64,000 nt of DNA from Paraspadella gotoi (taxonomy: Eukaryota > Animalia > Chaetognatha), in NCBI GenBank assembly GCA_051294375.1, contig CM119271.1:304721-368720 (forward strand), read 5' to 3'. The translations under genes were made by a program, and so were the position numbers. Under the pieces are notes generated by a model, which was given only the letters and a program-made list of their open reading frames with translations, was not told the DNA's origin and searched no databases. Positions within the stretch are counted from its first letter, which is position 1. Each line of letters starts with the position of its first letter. Below, piece after piece: positions 14,385 to 25,653 of this stretch.

Positions 14385-14856
14385 GATGCAAAGAATGATT
14401 CCTGCTGAAATCAATTGACAATCGTTTAAAACGAGATAAGGCTACGTCTGCTTACCCGTGCCTTCAGCGACGACTTCGATGTCGACGTTATTGGCGCTAA
14501 GTTGGTGGAAACATCGAGCGTTGGTCATATGGGGATTCTGGAGAGAGAAAGAGAAAATCAGACAGGAGCGAAATATAAAGTGTCTCATTCTGCACCGCGC
14601 CCATCGTCTAACCTTTGCGGCGCCGACGCCGACGTCGTGGCGGCGGAGTGCTGCGGACAAGCATGGCAGCGGCCGCCGCAGAGAATGTAGAAAACGGCGG
14701 CAGCTGGAATCTTTGGCGGCGACGCGAGCGAGAAAAGAAAATCTAGAGTAAAGAGGATAATGGGTGATGAATGGAATTGCTATTTGGTCTAAACTCTGGA
14801 GTCGCGATGGATTTTCACCTTGTTGAAGACTTTAAAAACATTAACGTATTGGCCAT
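20..14856 (-). CDS. BCAT: Branched-chain amino acid aminotransferase, probably mitochondrial (9 exons)
   Basis: Phase-consistent GT-AG exons 14819-14856, 14613-14703, 14456-14537, 14215-14321, 12493-12712, 9591-9719, 9294-9463, 5586-5771, 20-307. Motifs [57 protein letters not shown]. The N-terminus is Arg/Ser/Leu-rich like a presequence. Confidence 0.95.
428..1215 (+). repeat. Interspersed non-autonomous repeat, family A (HINE/Helentron-like; GA and CAG microsatellites, GAAGCTG..CAGCTTC hairpin)
   Basis: Shared blocks aaatcttaaaagcataaggatcgtcgcaat and gaagctgtatataaattttcagcttcataca recur at about 2878-3790, 6523-6850 and 34105-34779. The class assignment is inferred. Confidence 0.7.
509..545 (+). 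pseudogene. 3' fragment of tRNA-Leu including a CCA end
   Basis: ttcggaggcgtgggttcgaatcccaccgctgcca-cca matches the variable arm, T arm and acceptor strand of metazoan tRNA-Leu(AAG/TAG). The 5' half is absent. Confidence 0.8.
1393..2804 (-). mobile_element. Tc1/mariner-superfamily DNA transposon (1412 bp)
   Basis: TIRs ctatctaggaaaaaagttagaaa / tttctaacttttttcctagatag. TA target duplication at 1391-1392 and 2805-2806. Encodes a transposase. Confidence 0.93.
1477..2511 (-). pseudogene. Tc1-like DD35E transposase with one in-frame TGA at 2200-2202
   Basis: ORFs 2200-2616 and 1477-2007 are in the same frame. Paired-like HTH plus GRP motif, [25 protein letters not shown]; 35 residues between the second D and the E. 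Confidence 0.9.
3839..4635. mobile_element. Foldback/MITE with long (~250 bp) imperfect inverted arms
   Basis: ataaaggtgcccctata...tatccctatcaga pairs with tctgatagggata...tataggggcacctttat. Confidence 0.75.
8560..9102. repeat. Partial copy (right arm) of foldback MITE family D
   Basis: Ends in gactcaccccattg..gctacccctact, as at 14170-14201. Confidence 0.65.
10251..12142 (+). CDS. PIM-family-like Ser/Thr kinase nested antisense in the BCAT intron (4 exons)
   Basis: Exons 10251-10406, 10542-10715, 11034-11245, 11392-12142. [22 protein letters not shown] hinge [43 protein letters not shown]. Confidence 0.88.
12980..14201. mobile_element. Foldback MITE family D with ~300-bp inverted arms
   Basis: caatggggtgagtcaaaaatttaga.. 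pairs with ..tctaaatttttgactcaccccattg. Internal blocks are shared with 8560-9102, 26685-29878 and about 32050-32330. Confidence 0.75.
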
Positions 14857-16160
14857 ATCCTCGCAAAAGTTTTTTAGATGTTCTCGTTTGAATTCTTCGC
14901 CTTTTTTCACAGTTTTTGTTTGAATTTTTATAGGTTTTCGTTTGTTTGTTTGCACGCATAAACGAGTTTAAGTACGTAACTATGCAAAAGATAATATTAA
15001 CGATGCCGTTGGTAAAACACCCTCACGAAAATTGTTACCCTACTCAATGAAAAATTAAATTCGGCGACGAAAAAAAACGCGAGTCTTTTGTTTCTTTTTC
15101 TCCAAAGAAGAAAATCCGGACGAAGACTCGACGTCGACGCCACCTTTCAAATTCTCTCCCGCCCCCTTCCCTTCTATCTGCATTTATTTATACATACATA
15201 TTGACCTTTTGTAGAAGTAAATAATTAACTATCCGGCGGGAACGTCTTGGTAATGGCAAAACGAAATAAATAATTTGGCTATTAACTTTAAACAAGGAAA
15301 TGTTCCAAACCCTTCCTGATACGTATTGGTATTTGTGTTTAATTTTTCAATCAAATCTTAAAAAATAATAGACGTTTAGTAATGTTCAATTTAAACAAAA
15401 AATTATGATTGAAATCAGGACAACGAAATACGGATAAAATTTAAAAGAAGACGGGGAAAATATAGAAAAAAGTTTTAAGGGACATCGCTATCGTAATACG
15501 GAGACGATTCAAAAAAATGTCAAAAAGCAGATTTCGATGCTCGGGTTTAGATGCGGTTCGGACAAAAAATATTTTTTTATGCGGTCCATAGAATGAGACA
15601 ATTCAACTCAACATTATTTTTTATTAATTCCATGATTTATGATATCTTTACCGACTCGTTGACATTTCGATACGCCTCGGAACGAATGGCACGAAGGAAA
15701 TCAGCAGTGTGAACAATCTTGGACTAGTAATTACCGTAAAACCATTTTTTTTTCGTATCAAAGGGAGAAGAAAAACTTCTTCGAAACAAAAAGGAGAAAA
15801 ATGTAACTGACACGGTTTTAAGAATGGAATGTTGCAAACTCGGGGCTCACGGACTCGCGTAAATAAGAACAGAGTGGGTGGGCGCGGATCTTTCATCAAT
15901 AAAAATCTGCCACATAATTTTTACAAAGGACCTCAAGAAAATATAGTTCGATAGGAGTCGCGTGAAAAATTTGTTAGTCTTTTTTTAATATTTTATTTTC
16001 ATAACATCACACAAAAGAGTTCGACGATTCGATCCTAAAAAAACAAAATAATCCAAAAAGACCAGATCGAAGACGAATGAGAGAGAGAGAGAGAGAGACG
16101 TTTTCCATTTCACTTCCCCCTCCCTCTTTCTTTTCTCAACGCTTCAAATCCAGTCGCGTC

Positions 16161-19100
16161 TCACTTCTTCCCCTTCCCCTTCTTCTTCCCCTTGACGACG
16201 ACGGGCTTGCTCTTGATGACGCCCTCTTTGTTTCGCCCGCGGGTGGCGCGTTTCGCGTGACGCAATCCCGCCTTTTTCTTGGATGTCGTCGAGGGCGTGG
16301 CCCGCGTGGGGTCGCGGTTCGTCAGATCCTTGACTTTGTAGATGCGAACCAACCAGTGCTCCGTCGTGTAGGCCTCCTCCAGATGGGTCAGCGAAATGTC
16401 CTTGCGTCCGATCTCCACGCCGCGGGTTCTAAGGGAGGGACAAAGTTAGTAAAGGAGGACAATGGAACGAAAGCGCGGATGAAGACACTTAAGTCACAAA
16501 ATCGACAACACAATAAGAGCCACCCCCCCCCTTCGTCTCACCTGTCGTAACCAGTAGGCGACCGGAAATCGATCTGCAACTCGCCGAACCGGAAGTAACT
16601 GAGTTTGTACATGAGACAGTTGAGCATCGTGTCCGAAGCGGCGGAATCAACACGGTAGCTCCCATCGGAGGTCAAGTAGTCGCTCTCGTGGATGTCCTGG
16701 TAGAGAGACGGGATGGAAGGAATAAATGAATACAATCGTGCAATGAATTCAATAAGTCAACTCACCTTAGGATGTTCCCCTTCAGCGATTCTAACCATCC
16801 AGAGAAACTTGTTAATGTCGTCGCCAGAGTAGCCAATGAGGCCGCCGAATATCACTGCGGTCAAGAGAAAATATTTTGGAGTGATATATCAGCCTCATCC
16901 CAATCATCAACCAATCCTAATTCTCAACCAATCACAATTCTCACCCAATACGTAATCAACATCGAGTTCTCTCATGATCTCGTAAGCCGCAGTTTCGTTG
17001 GAGCTCATCGCTTTGCCCACGAGGGCTATGTGGCTGTTGTTCCAAGTATTGTTGTCCACGAGCGTCGTACGATTGGCCATTCCCGCTATTTGGTAACTGA
17101 AAAGAGAGAATTATAGAGTTCATGTTCCATCTCTCTGTCTAGCACAATCTCACTATCTACTTACCCGTAATCCCACCAAGACATGACTCTAGCGTCGTGT
17201 TCCGTGTTCATTTGCAGCCAATAGTAGGCCTCCCTAAAATCATCTAGGATATGACGACTTCCGTCTTGATTGTATGACGCCAGAACGATGGACGGGCTGG
17301 ATCATGTAAAAAGTTAGAGGGTGTGGCAGCACGACTTAAATCTGCCTCACTGCTGTCCGTCCTCAGCCTCGTCACAATGGCTGAGCAGGCTAAATAATCT
17401 CGTTTCAACCGTACGTCCCGGGTTCAATCCCTGGGAATCTCGGTTCTGGCTTAAATGTGACGGAGCCGGTCTAAACATGCCGGTTCATTAATCTCATTTG
17501 CATTTTTTCTAGTTTTGAATAAGTATTAATTTTTTTTTATTTTAACGGTTTAAAGGCTAAATTTTCAAAACTTAAATAGCACAATTAAGGGGACCCAGTG
17601 ATAAAAATGATATCATAAGCTTAAGGGTCTATCATCAAAGGAATTTGAATGGTAATAGTCATTAATTTTTATTTGCACGGGAAAGTGGCTAAAAAATTCC
17701 TATCTCTTATTGTAGCGGAAACAAAAATTTAATAATTATGAAAAAAAAATTTTGTTGATCCCACCTAAATATGTATATGATCTATTATTTAATTTTTGCA
17801 TTCGAAAGTATTTTTTACTAAATTCCAAATTTTTAGTTTTTATTGTACAAAGCTACAATTTTAGGTTTAAGCCTCATTGAACAAAGGCTTTATAAGACTA
17901 ATATTTTTTTATTTTTTTATATTCACTTCAAAGCATAAAAATCAAACCTAAATTCTATTCTTACAGAAACAAAACTGTAATAACTATTAATTAATATTCA
18001 TATTCATCCCTTAAACGTATTATTAAATTATATTTATTCCTAATTATAATAATTAAAAATTTAGCAAAAGTACAGAACCTTTTTCATCTTTTTATATTTA
18101 TATTACTTCTAAGGGTTTTATTTTTATCCAATTAACAGAATCCTTTAAAAAGAAGTTTAAATAAAATCAGTCGATACCTTAAATTTTGATTCATTCCGAT
18201 TTTTTTTTTGTTATAAATTTTTGTTATAAAAGCTGAAAATCTTTTTAAAATTAGATCTTACTTTTTTTAAAAAAAATTTAAAATTTGAAAAAGATTTTTT
18301 TCTTACCGATTTTTTAAAGAAAATTAAGCTAGCTGATTATATTGTATTTTTAAACTACTTTCCCAAATGATTATAGAAAAAAGAATCATATAGTCAGAAA
18401 CAGCTTAAGTTAAAGGGTCAAACGTTATGCTTTCAGCTTTCTACCCCCCCCTGGTCACTTGGTCCCCTTAAGTCAAATAGAAAAGTTTCTACAATCTCTC
18501 TCTCTCCTCATTGGCAGGCGACGACAAAAAATAAAACAAACCTGGAATAAGCATTGGATGTGACCCAAGTGCAGTGGAGCGCGAAGAGCATAAGCATCAT
18601 GACGAGAGCGACGACGACGACGTCGCGAAGGCTAATCCAGTTACGCTCGCCCTGGGCGTCATCTGTGGCGCCGGCGTCACGTTGTCCACGCCCCTCATTG
18701 ACGCGGATCCTGCGCACCTTGCCCGCCTTGTCGTAAAGTTTCCCGCTGTTTCTGTTTCGTTTAAGGAGAAATTGATTTTTATTAAAAACTTTAATAGGCT
18801 ATATTCGGTCTATTGACTAACCCGGTTTCTATGACACTGTACACCAACGAAAGCGAAACTGAAATCGAATTACCAGTAGGAAATAAACTAATTTTCCAAA
18901 ACTAAGTCTAAATAAATTATCTATGTAAACAATGGTAGGAAACACCTATAAAAAGTCAAAAACATTTTTGGTAGGTGTAAATTCATATGTAGAGGACGCT
19001 TGTGGGGGCTTCGGTTTTTTTTTTCATACTCAGAAAGAAAGGAACTAATAGTCCAAGAAAATGTAAAAATCAGGAAATAAAAAAAAATGCTAATGCAATA

Positions 19101-22100
19101 AGTATCGTCGATGAAATAAAAAAATAACTCAATGCGCTAAAGGCTAGGAACTACGCTAAATCACCGTGGTTTGGAGGCGTACGTGTCGTCGTCGTCGTCG
19201 TCGCTGGCGTCCTCCTTGCTCGCCGCCTTGTCCTTGACGGCTTTGGCCTTGTCCTTTTCCTTTTCCTTCTCCTTGTTCCCCTCTACCTCGTCGTGCTTAA
19301 GATAAGTCTCGAGCGTTTTGGAGAAGGCGATCGAGGAGAGAACGCAAACGACGGGCGTCAACGTCAGCATCAAGCGAACCTGAAGGTGCGGGAGCAATGG
19401 TGAGGATCAATTGGGTAAACTTGAGATTAGAATTGAACAACTCACCATGACCCCCGCAAAGTATACGGCGGAGATGGCGTAGAGGACGATGAAGACGCGT
19501 TCGTCGTTGACCTGCTTGATGCAGTACCACGCCCCCACCGGAAACGTGCAGCTGAGGATGTGGAGATCAAAGAAGAAGGAGACCCACGTCGTCGGCTGAT
19601 GCTCCGAGACGGAGGCGATGATAGGGATGTGAATCTTGGCGTAGCCGGTGTCCCACAACGAGTAGAACCTGGAAGAGGGATTAAAAGTAAAGAAGGATGG
19701 TAAGAATAATATTTTTGTACTTACATATCAAATGAGATATATAATGGAACTGAAGAGTTTAAAAGTCTAACCTGCCACTCCACGGTGCGATGACACCCAA
19801 CCACGTGAGGAGAATGACGCCCACGAAGACGGCACCGGCCGCCAGGGTGATTACCGCGAACAAAAGGTACCTGAATACGGAGGAGAATGAGAGTAAATCA
19901 AGAAGAAAAAGGTAATGAAGAAATTGAAGAAAAAAAATATGGCGACAATAAATATATAATATATAATTATATATAAATTCAAATTTTTAGTGACTCACTT
20001 GGCCTCTGACTTGGTCAACCTCGCGGTGAGAAAGACGACGCCGCCATAGACTTGCAGCAGAGCGAAGACGCCAGCCGCCGCCATGTGCTCGCTCGTGCGG
20101 ATGGGCTGGAACCCAACGAAGGGGATCTGCATAGAGAGGACGAGGCCTTTGTTGGGGAAAGAAGAGGACAGGGGAGGAGAAAAAAAATAAGAGAAAAAAG
20201 TTGAAGATATTGTACTAGTATTGACATAATAACTCTAAAAGAGGTTGACAATGAAAGCGCGGCACTGCTGTGGGAGTGAGAGAGAGTAAAAAAGAGAAGG
20301 AGAGAGAGCGAGATAGAGAGAGAGAGATCAATTGTTAATCGGCTTCTCTTTCGACGGGGCATTGAACCCGTGGCTACGAAACGAAACGTAAAGAAACATT
20401 TAAATAATTACGTACATTCATAAACAACGAGAGAGTCCACTCACCGAGGATAAAGAAGACGGAGTAGGCGACGTAGAGGCGTTGTGAGAATCTCCCCATG
20501 AGAATGAGGACGAAGGCGTGAAGAGGAATGAGGTTGATGATGAAGACGTAGCCGCCCCAAGCCGACACCATGTAGAAGTAGGAGAGAGCCGTCAGCGTCG
20601 CCCATTTTAATTCGCCCGTCTTCACGGCTGCGGAGAGGGAAAACATGAACAAAGGATTGTTGGGGTAATTGATGATTAAAGTGAGAAACAAAAAAATAAT
20701 CATGTCACCTTTGATCCACAAATAATAAGTGAACATGAGCGCGAAGATGGCGATGCCTTCGTTGTCGTAAGACCCGGCAACGGATCTACCAAGTAAAATG
20801 AAAATTAAGACCGAAGATTTTTGCGTTTTTCAATTGTGAAAATAATCACCTGCTGATGTAACCGGGCACAATGGCGATGAAGCATGCGGCCATGAGGCCA
20901 GCGCCCGGAGTCCACAACTCCTTGGTCAGGAGATAAGTGGCGATGGCAGTAAGGCCGCTGAAGATGGGCGCCAAGAAAACGCAGATGTCCCTGGAGGTGA
21001 AAATAGGAAGGTGAGGGAAAAAGAAGAGGGAAAAGAGGGAAGGGCAGTATACACTATACAGTTTAGATACTCCTTACCTTATGTGGACGGGTATGTTTAA
21101 ACTGTTCAAGAACCAGTGGATCGTCCCGGACGTGATCATGAGTCCGGGGTAGACCGTTCCGCCAACGATGCGGCCGAGCGGGTACCAAGCGCGCTCGTCG
21201 AACCAGTTGAGAAAACTGGGAGATTAAATTTTTTTTTTTTAAAATAAGCACGATAACTAAATCATCGCTCCCGTCTAAGGAAACTACAAAATTCAACATC
21301 ATAACATCAATTCAATATTATAACAAATTAATAACGCTACATAAACATTGCGTTGGATTTGAGCGAAAGAAAAAATTACTACATTTTCGATGTAACGACT
21401 AAAACGTTACGTTGCGCAAAACCAAAAAAAAATTTATTACTTTTTTTCTTTTTTTTAATTTTTTTCCCAACACAAAAACAATGGCGGATGAAATAAATGA
21501 ATTGGACGTGAAGGATTCCAAAATGGGTGAATTCAATAGATTTTTCACGTTGTATATTAACATTTAATATTTTCATAATCCGCAATCGTGCCGTTGCTCC
21601 ATTTTTGGCCCAACAGAGTCAATGATGAAGTCGAAGAAAGCGGAGACGCTGAGAGCTTGCCAAGACCTAGAGTTCCTCTCAGTGACCCAAGTGCCCGGCT
21701 GCGGCCCAATGTTGGGCTACCTCCTCAAGCGACAGAACATCTACCGCGCAAGCGAGCTCTACGCAGAGTTCGCCCGCCGCAAAGAGAAGGGATTCGCGGA
21801 TTGGATCGGCAACAAGTTCGGGAAATGGAACAAGATCTACGCCAAAACGAGTAGGGTTGGGTAGGAGGGGAAGGACAAAGAAACACGAAAGAAAGGCCCT
21901 GTTCTTATTGTGCAGTCATCGCGGCATTTCAAGACTGGGAAGATGTGCAGCTCAAAATCGAGATGGAGGAAGAAGAACAGAAAAGGAGAGCACGACCGCC
22001 CCACGTGGTAAGTTTAATTTTAAGTATGATTGATGATAAAATAATATTCAATTCAAACTAGTCTTAGTACATTTGTATTTCAGTGCAATACTATGAGATT

Positions 22101-24833
22101 TTCTTCCCCCTAATTTAGATTGGACAAGGTTCCAAAAAGTGGGAACTATTCCTCCAAAAAGATTTGGCCAAGTCTAAAGTGAAGGAGGTTCCGGGCATCG
22201 GCCCGACGCTCGCCGATGAAATGTGCAATTGGTACGTAGGGGAGAGAGAGAGAGAAATGCATATTGGTACTATCTGTCTTTCTAAAAATCTCGCTATCCT
22301 TTTGAACTCATTTCGCCAGGAAAATCAACACGGCCGAAGACTTAATGGAGCAATGGAGAACGAACTGCAAAAGGAACGATAAAGAGTTCAGGACTTGGAT
22401 CACCCGTTGCTTCGGATATTGGAACACTCAATACATCAAGATAGGTTTGACCCTAAACATCGATAAGTAAAGTGATCCATATTTTGCTCCGAACTTTTGA
22501 CTCATGTAGTTTTGCAAGCGTTGAAAGCGTACGAGTTCCAACAGACCCAGGGCCCAACACCATTTATCCAAGGTAATACGAATGACGTTATTTCCGAGAA
22601 ACGATTATATCGATGAAAACGATTTTTCCCCACAGGCAAAGATTACGAGGCCGAACGGAAGAAGGAAGACGTCAACGTCAACGAAGACGCGGAAGAGGAA
22701 GTCCTTCCCGACCTGGCGACGGAGGAAGAGATAGAAGAATTGGAAAACTTGGCGCGAAGGATGGAGACTCTTTTGAAAGCGCGCGAGCAAAAGGCGGCGC
22801 GAGCGGCGGAGACGGCGTCATTGCCGACGTCCGTGAGAACGGAAACGGGCGGCGACGGCGAAGACGTTGTCATGCACTCGGGACGAGACTCCAAGATGCA
22901 GTACGAAGATCTGACGACGACGAGTTCGGGGCGCGAGTCGGTCATGCAGTGGGACGACGACTTCGCCGCCCAACTCTTGGCGAGATTATCCAACGGGGAA
23001 AAGGCGGACGTGGAGGATTTCATCATGAGATCCGGCAGGGAATCGACCATGCAGTGGGAGAATCAGGAGAGCGAGCGGATTCGAGCCGAGGTCATGTTGG
23101 AAGAGGGAGAAGGAGAAGAAGGAGAAGAAGGAGAGAGAGATGCCGAGACCGCCGCGGGGGAGGTCGATAAACAGACGACGAAAATAGATCCAGAAACCAA
23201 CAGAGGAATCTTTGCTCGTCGATTGGAAATCATCGAAGAAAACAACGACGTCGTCGTCGACGATGAAGACGATCTAGAGAAATCGGAAGACGCCGTCGAA
23301 GGAAAAGAGCCGGAAAAATTCTCAGCGACGAACCCGCGAGCTGACCAAAAACCCAACGGTGACGTCATTGAGGCCAGAAACAGCGAAGGAGATATGGCCT
23401 TTGGCAGGAAGAACAACGGAGACGAGCTGCCGCTTAACAACGGCAAAGAAAAAATCGTCCCTGGGAGAAACAGCAAGGGCGATGTAAGTCTGGATCGAAA
23501 CAGCAACAACTCGGTGTATATCAGAAGCGCGACGGACGACATGGGCGAGCAGCCGACCAGAAACAACGGAAAGTCGGCCGCGCTCACGTCGGCCACGCCC
23601 GCATCGCACAAGAGCAAATTGGAAATTAACTCCGACAAAAACCGGAAACCACACGAGGCGTATGCGTCCAAAAGCGGCAGCAATTCCGAGGCCATGTCTC
23701 CTCCCAAAAGCAACAGAGTTGATCCACTCGCTGCCCGAAGCGGCGTCATGGATAAAAGGTTCCAGAGATATTACAGCACCATGAGCGTCCTTCCCGGGGC
23801 TATAAGCAGCAACGAGGACATGCAGTCGGCTCTGAGCAGCAACGAATCCATGCACTCGATTAACGAGAGCCACGAGGACCTTCATTACGGCATCCCTAAA
23901 ACCGGGAAAACCCCGACGGGATTGAAGATCGCGGAGAAGCCCATCATCAAGACTGATTACACGCTTGACAAAACAGTTGCTGTTCCCGTCGCTTCGAAAG
24001 CCGGGAGCAGGACGAGCGTGGCCAGTCTCGAGTCGAACAAGACGGAGGCAGCACCCGCGAGAATCAACACAGCATACGGGAAATCGACGAGCAGCAGGAG
24101 TCTGGATTCAGCTTCGAGCGGACGGAGAAGGATCGGTCCGTACAGAACGGAAGGACCGACGGAGAAAGATGAAGAGGGGGCGGCGGAGGGGGCTTTTGAA
24201 GGCAAAGAGGTGGAAGCGAGAAAGGAAGGATCTCCAGAGGAGGAAAAGGAGAAAACGAAGAAAGTCTCGAGTCAGTAACAATTTCACCGGAACCCAAGGG
24301 GGGGGGGTGAAGCCGCGTGCGGACGAGTCTCAATTCATGAGAAATATTTTTCGATATTTAAAAAAAAAGAATTAAAAAAAAAGCATCGATAAAACGATGG
24401 TTTTTCCCCCTTCTATTTTCTTAATCTCACTTGTAAAATCCGTGGTTGACCATGTAATGAGTTGAGCGATAGTTGAACCACGGGTCGAACTCGTGGATGA
24501 TTGACTCGAAACGGATGACGGCGAAAAGACGGGAGCTGAAACCTAAGAAAAGGAGTTGATGGTTATTCACCTTGACTCCTTGAGTTCTTCTTTTTTCTTT
24601 TGTTAAATGTATAAAGAAATATATAGCTCGCCTGCGATGTATGCAAAGGAGAGAATGAAGAAGGCGAGGAGACTCTTCCACGCTCCGGGAGTGAATGAGG
24701 AGATCTTGGAGGCGTCGGCGGCGGCGACGGCGGCGTTGGCGGAGACCACGCCATTGTTTTTGTGGGGCGAGGATCGGTGGGCGGAGCCGGCGGGAACCAG
24801 GCGCGGAACGCTCTCGTCGGAGACCGTCGCCAT
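16161..24833 (-). CDS. STT3B: Oligosaccharyltransferase catalytic subunit STT3B (multi-exon)
   Basis: [87 protein letters not shown]. Confidence 0.95.
17322..17481 (+). mobile_element. 3'-truncated LTR of the tRNA-promoter TRIM (family B)
   Basis: Near-identical to 25812-25971, including the A box tggctgagcagg and B box ggttcaatccc. Confidence 0.85.
17589..18467. mobile_element. Kolobok-type non-autonomous DNA transposon
   Basis: TTAA|GGGGACCCAG ... CTTGGTCCCC|TTAA (TTAA target site, RR..YY termini). A second copy lies at 26648-29906. Confidence 0.7.
21622..24278 (+). CDS. ~754-aa protein with two tandem BAF (barrier-to-autointegration factor)-like domains and a long acidic disordered tail, nested antisense in STT3B intron 2
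   Basis: Exons 21622-21850, 21916-22007, 22119-22231, 22320-22444, 22510-22572, 22636-24278 splice in frame. [12 protein letters not shown]...FADWI...FQDW and [12 protein letters not shown]...FRTWI resemble BAF VGSLAGIGEVLG...FREWL...LREW. Confidence 0.78.
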
Positions 24834-25653
24834 GGTTACGAGAGAGGGAGTTGTCGCAAGGGACGAAGTCTCAACTTGATCGAGACACAATTTTCTTTCC
24901 CCTCTTTTTATTAATTTATATCACAGTCGATCGCGAGCGAAATAAGTAGTCGGTTGCTCTTTTTTCCGTTTACTATATCACTATTATTATGACTATAATA
25001 CGAGTTATAATTAATTGTTCGGACTACCGGAATCCGGCTTAATGAGCCATAATCGAGAAACGAAACTCCGGTCTGCGAAACTTTAGAAAAAAAGAAAAAT
25101 GAAATGGGAATGAAAGAGTGAAGAAACAGAAAGGGGAAGGGTGTTAATTTTTCCGACAAAAAATAATGCGAAGCTTATTTCATTTTAATTTTTTTCTCAA
25201 ACAATTTCATTTCGTAATCCGATGAGCGAGGAATGGAGATGTGATCTTTTAACGTTTTAACGATTTATATTAATTAATATTAATATTACCCCAAAAAATT
25301 ATGACTAATCTTTTTAAATCGCGTTTTCCTCTTGGTATGAAAGCTGAGGAGGCAAAACTATCTTAACTTTTTTTATGCTAAAAGTCTTCGACTAGGAAAA
25401 AAGTAGGGGAAGGGCAGTGAACGAGATCGAGGTTATAAATGATCCACTACGTACGGAGCCTACACCACCCACCGCCACTGGGAGGGGGAGGGGAGAGAGA
25501 GAGAACATGGGGTCGGAACCCCAACTCTTCGCACATATTATTGTTTGGTAATTCTTCTAATCGATGAACGGACGGGACTCGGACTCCATCGTCCCACTTT
25601 TCGAGATGAGCGAAAAACGAGAAACAGAGTCTTGGTCACCGGTTTCTTCTCCT

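Noticed and set aside
20350-20380. B-box/T-arm-like cgggttcaatgccccg on the minus strand
   Set aside because: Too short and has no A box or cloverleaf context.
22613-24375. Long overlapping and antisense ORFs (also around the kinase, RAP1GDS1, ZNF and SLC35B3)
   Set aside because: Shadow frames of GC3-rich real exons with no recognisable domains.
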